Positions 36,795-41,038 of a stretch of 41,038 nucleotides of DNA are shown piece after piece. A program made the position numbers and the translations under genes. The notes under the pieces are model-generated. The model was not told the origin of the DNA. It did not search any database and saw only the letters and a program-made list of their open reading frames with translations. Source of the DNA: an uncultured Clostridium sp. (GTDB lineage: Bacteria; Bacillota; Clostridia; TANB77; CAG-508); contig CAOJZE010000001.1 in assembly GCA_948466095.1 (NCBI GenBank), forward strand, positions 1 through 41,038. The letters run 5' to 3'. The first letter of the stretch is position 1. Each line of letters begins with the position of its first letter.

Positions 36795-37649
36795 GTGATT
36801 TTTTTGTATTGTATACAAGAGGCTGACAAGCCCAATTTTATTTTTAAAATATTTAATGTGATTCAATTAAGAGAAGACAAAATTATTTTGCCAATTGGAG
36901 CAGAAAAAATAGCTAGTAGAAAAGCATTTAAATTAGCTAAAAAAACAAAAAAGATATTAGATAAAACAATCAGTAAAAGGATTGTGATTAGTCAAAAAAT
37001 ACAAAAGCAAGAAGAGTATGTCAATTTATTACATTCTTATTGTTTGGAAATAGCAGAAGGAAGATGGCTATTTGAAGTACTTTCTGACAAAGTGTTAGAT
37101 TATATTTTAGGAAAAAAAGAAATGAAAAAAGAAGAGACGCAAATATCCATTTTAGTCAATGATGTAACAGAAAATATGCTTGCTAATATAAGAAATATAG
37201 CAAAAGAATACAAAAGAGTTAATATTGTAACTAATCATATTCAAAAATTTAGAAAGATAGAAAAACAAATATTAGAACAAGATGGCATCATGATAACTGT
37301 GGGAAACAATAAAAGAAAAGGTTTAGCGAAATCAAAGCTGATTTTAAATGTGGATTTTCCTTCTGAATTAATGAATCAATATAATATTTATGAAAATGCA
37401 ATGATTGTTAATCTTAGAGGTAATGTAAAAATAGAAAAGAAGAGGTTTAATGGAATATGTATCAATGATTATGATATAGAATTCCAAGATAGAGAGGAAT
37501 TTGATTATGATAAAAATACAAAATATAAAACATCGGAAATATATGAGGCTCAAATCAATAAGAAACAACCTTTTCAAGAAATTATGAAACAAGTGGAAAA
37601 AGATAGAGTGAGGATTGTTCAATTGGTTGGAATGAATACCATTGTTTAG
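36795..37649 (+). CDS. Hypothetical protein (284 aa), family not recognised
   Basis: A long ORF with coding-like composition. The GTG start at 36795 lies in the 3' arm of a hairpin (AAATCACT/AGTGATTT) followed by a T-run, so the true start is uncertain (TTG 36804 is an alternative). Confidence 0.45.
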   Translation: MIFLYCIQEADKPNFIFKIFNVIQLREDKIILPIGAEKIASRKAFKLAKKTKKILDKTISKRIVISQKIQKQEEYVNLLHSYCLEIAEGRWLFEVLSDKVLDYILGKKEMKKEETQISILVNDVTENMLANIRNIAKEYKRVNIVTNHIQKFRKIEKQILEQDGIMITVGNNKRKGLAKSKLILNVDFPSELMNQYNIYENAMIVNLRGNVKIEKKRFNGICINDYDIEFQDREEFDYDKNTKYKTSEIYEAQINKKQPFQEIMKQVEKDRVRIVQLVGMNTIV

Positions 37650-37892
37650 GACATAGGACATGGGGACGTAGATGATGTCCCTATCATAAATAATGCATCA
37701 ATTTAATGTGTTATCTATTATTTTTTTACACCTTGTGTGTCGCAACCTTCAGATTTTTAATATGGTAGGTTGCTCCAATACTACTTGCCAAAGGGTCGTT
37801 TGGTCGCTTACGCGGTGTTGCAAAAATAATAGATAACACATTAAGTTAGCAATTTTGAGTAGTTAGGGACATCATCTACGTCTCCATGTCCT
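37649..37892. repeat. Palindromic intergenic element A2 (family A arms) enclosing a family B element
   Basis: AGGACATGGGGACGTAGATGATGTCCCT (37655-37682, preceded by an extra GGACAT) pairs with the reverse complement of AGGGACATCATCTACGTCTCCATGTCCT (37865-37892), with one mismatch. Confidence 0.85.
37705..37842. repeat. Palindromic element B2 (family B, short form), nested inside A2
   Basis: Perfect 21-bp inverted repeat AATGTGTTATCTATTATTTTT / AAAAATAATAGATAACACATT. The interior is collinear with B1 (27283-27457) minus about 50 bp. Confidence 0.8.
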
Positions 37893-37992
37893 AAAATCAT
37901 TTCTTAAAAATTCTAATAAATGCTTTCCTTTTTTTAAAAAATATAATATAATGTATTTGTCAAATTATAAAATTGGCAAGGAGGAAACAAAA

Positions 37993-40659
37993 ATGCCAAG
38001 TAATAAGGGAAAACATACAGATAATAGAGAAAAGACAAAACCACATAAAGTAGCAAATAATAAAAAGAGGGAAACGATGCAAAAGAAGAAATCAGGAGCC
38101 AATACACAAACGAAGAAACCAGAAGTTAGAAAGTCACAAAAGAATAAATTTTCGAATCGACATCCAAAATTAGTATTAACATTGAAAATAATGTTAGTTC
38201 TATTTTTGTTGTTATGTGTGATTGGAGCAGGAATTGTTGCAGGAATGTTTTTTGGACTATTTGGTGATGAATTTGAAATCACAAAAGAAGAATTAAAAAT
38301 AGGAGCAGCCAATTCCGTTATTGTAGATAATAATGGAGCTGTTATTGCTAACTTAAGTGGCGATGAAAAGAGAAAAGTTATCACATTAGAGGATATGGCA
38401 GATTATTTACCAAAAGCCTATGTAGCAATTGAGGACGAAAGATATTATAAACATAGTGGAGTGGATTTTAAAAGAACAGCAGGAGCGATTGTAAATACAT
38501 TGTTTAGAAAGAGTTCTTATGGAGGAAGTACGATTACACAACAATTGGTAAAAAATATCACAAAGGATGATGAAGCATCTGGTATGGAAGGCATTATGAG
38601 AAAGGTAAAAGAATGGGCAAAAGCCTACCAAGTAGAAAGAATGATATCCAAAGACCAAATTCTGGAACTATATTTAAATATTTTATTTGTAGGTTCTAGC
38701 AATTTACATGGTGTGGAATTAGGAGCTGAGTATTATTTTAATAAAAGTGCAAAAGATTTAGATTTAGCAGAATGTGCTTTTATGGCGGGAATTAATAGTT
38801 CACCAAATGCTTATGACCCATTTGATACTAGTAAAGATAATACAGAAAAAATAAAGAATAAAACAAAAACAGTTTTAGCTAAAATGAAGGAGCTTGGTTA
38901 TGTGACAGATCAACAAGAATATGATACAGCGATTGCAAAAGCAGAAGCAGGATTACCATTCCAAAAAGGTGAAATGACAACATCTTCTGGTTATTCTTAT
39001 CATACAGATGCTGTTATCGAACAAGTTATTTCACAGGTTATGGAAGAAAAAGATATTTCAAGAGAGTTGGCTAAAAATTATGTATATAGTAGTGGTCTTA
39101 CGATTTATTCGACCGTAGATGCTGGTATTCAAACAAGACTAGAACAAGAAACTCTAAAAGATACTTATATCCGAGCAGGAAGAGATAAAAATGATAATGG
39201 AACGTTAAAAAATGAGCATACACAAGCAGCAGTTGTAGTAATGGACCATAAAACAGGAAATGTTTTAGGTGTTTCAGGGGGATTAGGACAAAAAACGGGA
39301 GCTAACTTAAATAGAGCCACTCAGAGCAAAAGACAACCAGGATCTTCTATCAAACCAATTGCAGATATAGCACCAGCTTTGCAAGAAAAGGTAATTACGC
39401 CAGCAACTGTATACAATGATGTATTAACTGATTTTAATGGTTACCAACCTAAAAATGATGGTCATAAGTATAGAGGTTTAATCAATATTCGAGATATTAT
39501 TGCTTATTCTCAAAATGTACCAGAAGTTAAAATTATGAAAGAATTAACTCCTGGTAAATCCATCGATTATTTGCGAAATTTTGGTATTACTTCATTGTAC
39601 AAAGCGGAAGATAATGCACAATATAATGATGAAAATTTACCACTTGCAATAGGAGGATTGACAGATGGAATTAGTCCGTTAGAAATGGCGGGTGCTTATG
39701 CAACCATTGCCAATAATGGTGAATATATTGAGCCAACCTTTTATACAAAGGTAGTAGATACGACTGGAAATACGGTATTAGTACCAGAACAAGAAAAAAG
39801 AAGAGTCATATCAGAGCAAAATGCTTATCTTGTTAAATCCATTTTACAAGAACCAGTTAAAAAAGGAACGGCAACTTATTGTGCGATAGCAGGAATGGAT
39901 GTAGCGGCAAAAACAGGAACAACGGATAACAGTACTGATAGATGGCTTTGCGGATTTACACCATATTATACGGCAGCATGTTGGTTTGGCTATGACCAAC
40001 AAGAAGAGGTAACAGGATTTGCTGTGAATCCAGCAGGACAAATTTGGGATGCTACTATGACAGATATTCACAAAGGGTTAGCTGGCAGTACTTTTACCAA
40101 ACCAAATGGTATTGTGGAACAAGCGGTTTGTAAATCAACAGGATGTTTAGCAACAACGGGATGCCCTGCCTATACAGAAATGTTTACACCAGATAATTTG
40201 CCAGAAAAATGTGAAAGGAATGGTAGTTCACGACAAACAATTTGTTCAGAATCAGGGAAAGTAGCAACACAATATTGCTCACAATATGTAGCCACCAGTG
40301 TGAATAATTATGGGGGATTTGTACCAAAAGAAAAATTACAACTATGGAAGGCAGTTAGCGGTTCTAATTATTCAGGAAAGGGAAAAATAACGGAAACTTG
40401 TCCAATCCATACCAAGCCTAAGGAAGAGGAAAAACCAAAACCAAAAGAGAATAAAGTAGATAATAAACAAAATACTACAGCGAATAAAACCCCAGTAAAT
40501 ACGAATAAAACAAATACAAATACCAATACCAATAAAACAACTGATACGAATAAAACAAATACAAATAATTCAATTACGACGAAACCTATCCAAAAACCAG
40601 ATTCAGGAGCTAATAACAATAGTTCAACAGATAATCCCAAAAAGCGAGGAAATCAGTAA
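37993..40659 (+). CDS. Class A penicillin-binding protein (bifunctional glycosyltransferase/transpeptidase, PBP1A-like)
   Basis: GT51 motifs 'AIEDERYYKHSGVD' and 'GGSTITQQ'. Transpeptidase motifs 'GSSIKP' (SxxK), 'YSQN' (SxN) and 'KTGTT'. AAGGAGG favours the ATG at 37993. The C-terminal tail is T/N/K-rich. Confidence 0.9.
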   Translation: MPSNKGKHTDNREKTKPHKVANNKKRETMQKKKSGANTQTKKPEVRKSQKNKFSNRHPKLVLTLKIMLVLFLLLCVIGAGIVAGMFFGLFGDEFEITKEELKIGAANSVIVDNNGAVIANLSGDEKRKVITLEDMADYLPKAYVAIEDERYYKHSGVDFKRTAGAIVNTLFRKSSYGGSTITQQLVKNITKDDEASGMEGIMRKVKEWAKAYQVERMISKDQILELYLNILFVGSSNLHGVELGAEYYFNKSAKDLDLAECAFMAGINSSPNAYDPFDTSKDNTEKIKNKTKTVLAKMKELGYVTDQQEYDTAIAKAEAGLPFQKGEMTTSSGYSYHTDAVIEQVISQVMEEKDISRELAKNYVYSSGLTIYSTVDAGIQTRLEQETLKDTYIRAGRDKNDNGTLKNEHTQAAVVVMDHKTGNVLGVSGGLGQKTGANLNRATQSKRQPGSSIKPIADIAPALQEKVITPATVYNDVLTDFNGYQPKNDGHKYRGLINIRDIIAYSQNVPEVKIMKELTPGKSIDYLRNFGITSLYKAEDNAQYNDENLPLAIGGLTDGISPLEMAGAYATIANNGEYIEPTFYTKVVDTTGNTVLVPEQEKRRVISEQNAYLVKSILQEPVKKGTATYCAIAGMDVAAKTGTTDNSTDRWLCGFTPYYTAACWFGYDQQEEVTGFAVNPAGQIWDATMTDIHKGLAGSTFTKPNGIVEQAVCKSTGCLATTGCPAYTEMFTPDNLPEKCERNGSSRQTICSESGKVATQYCSQYVATSVNNYGGFVPKEKLQLWKAVSGSNYSGKGKITETCPIHTKPKEEEKPKPKENKVDNKQNTTANKTPVNTNKTNTNTNTNKTTDTNKTNTNNSITTKPIQKPDSGANNNSSTDNPKKRGNQ

Positions 40660-40835
40660 AAAATAAAAAAATTAGTTTCCATGTTTTTAGATGAGTTATT
40701 GATTAAAAGTTATAAAAATATAGTAAAATTCCGTTCTTTACTGGTGAGACTAATCATATAAGTAATATGATAACTTTAAAGAAAACAAAACTTAAATAAA
40801 AGAAAGATGTAGACATTTTTGATATTTATTTTTAC

Positions 40836-41038
40836 AATACATTAACCAAAACAAAAGAAATATTTAAGCCAATCAATGAAAAAGAGGTTAAAATTTATTC
40901 TTGTGGACCAACGGTTTACAAAGATGCTACCATTGGAAATATGAGAACCAATCTGTTTCAAGATGTTTTAAGAAGAACTTTAAGGTATAATGGTTATATT
41001 TTAAAACATGCTATGAACATAACTGATGTTGGGCATTT
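40836..41038 (+). CDS. cysS: Cysteine--tRNA ligase, 5' part (runs off the window; start codon unresolved)
   Basis: '[29 protein letters not shown]....IGNMR...[27 protein letters not shown]' is a CysRS N-terminus. No ATG, GTG or TTG lies in frame between the TAA at 40797-40799 and the conserved YNTLT. Confidence 0.75.

Noticed and set aside
27270-37892. Possibility that the palindromic repeats form a CRISPR array
   Set aside because: The copies are kilobases apart in separate intergenic regions. They belong to different families, are 110-240 bp long and are internally palindromic. There are no regularly spaced short repeats or spacers and no cas genes in the window.
40660-40835. T-box leader or riboswitch upstream of cysS
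   Set aside because: The region is only about 175 nt and very AT-rich. It lacks the conserved T-box sequence and the specifier, antiterminator and terminator architecture.

Overview
This is a strongly AT-rich chromosomal segment, coded almost entirely on the plus strand. Gene content looks like a low-GC Gram-positive bacterium (Clostridia/Tissierellia-like), but the taxon cannot be fixed from sequence alone.

Accessory region (about 1-9000). This is the right-hand part of a mobilizable integrated element. It carries a TnpV-like gene, a structured oriT-like region, MobC and a MobA/VirD2-type relaxase. A five-gene cargo operon follows: MBL hydrolase, cupin, HD phosphohydrolase, NIF3-insert/PII-like protein and RibD_C/DHFR-like reductase. 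Next comes a frameshifted dinD.

Best candidate for an undescribed system (6524-8743). This is a compact three-gene cassette. It encodes a GHKL-like ATPase/kinase with an extremely basic N-terminus, a STAS-like (DUF4325-type) small protein, and a 2-TM membrane protein. It reads as a partner-switching-like module with no sigma factor or phosphatase.

Core genome (rest of the window). Genes are dut, carD, gap, pyrG, two tandem tRNA-Gly(UCC), a PHP phosphatase, FemAB-family transferase, alr, a DUF1189-like membrane protein, ftsH, prmC, whiA, hemW and an orphan processive GT2 synthase. The rimP-nusA-ylxR-ylxQ-infB-rbfA-nrnA-truB operon, a class A PBP and the start of cysS follow.

Two pervasive oddities.
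1. At least nine long nested palindromic intergenic repeats fall into several families. Some carry GGGAC-rich arms, and one family is nested inside another.
2. Many genes are interrupted. Three consecutive non-essential genes (HAD, radical SAM, MFS) each carry an in-frame TAA. Single-base frameshifts split dinD, whiA, rimP and infB, and possibly the first ORF and the cysS start. The frameshifts in essential genes are most simply sequencing or assembly indels, which limits how much pseudogene biology can be claimed.

All family assignments come from motif reading by eye. No searches were run.
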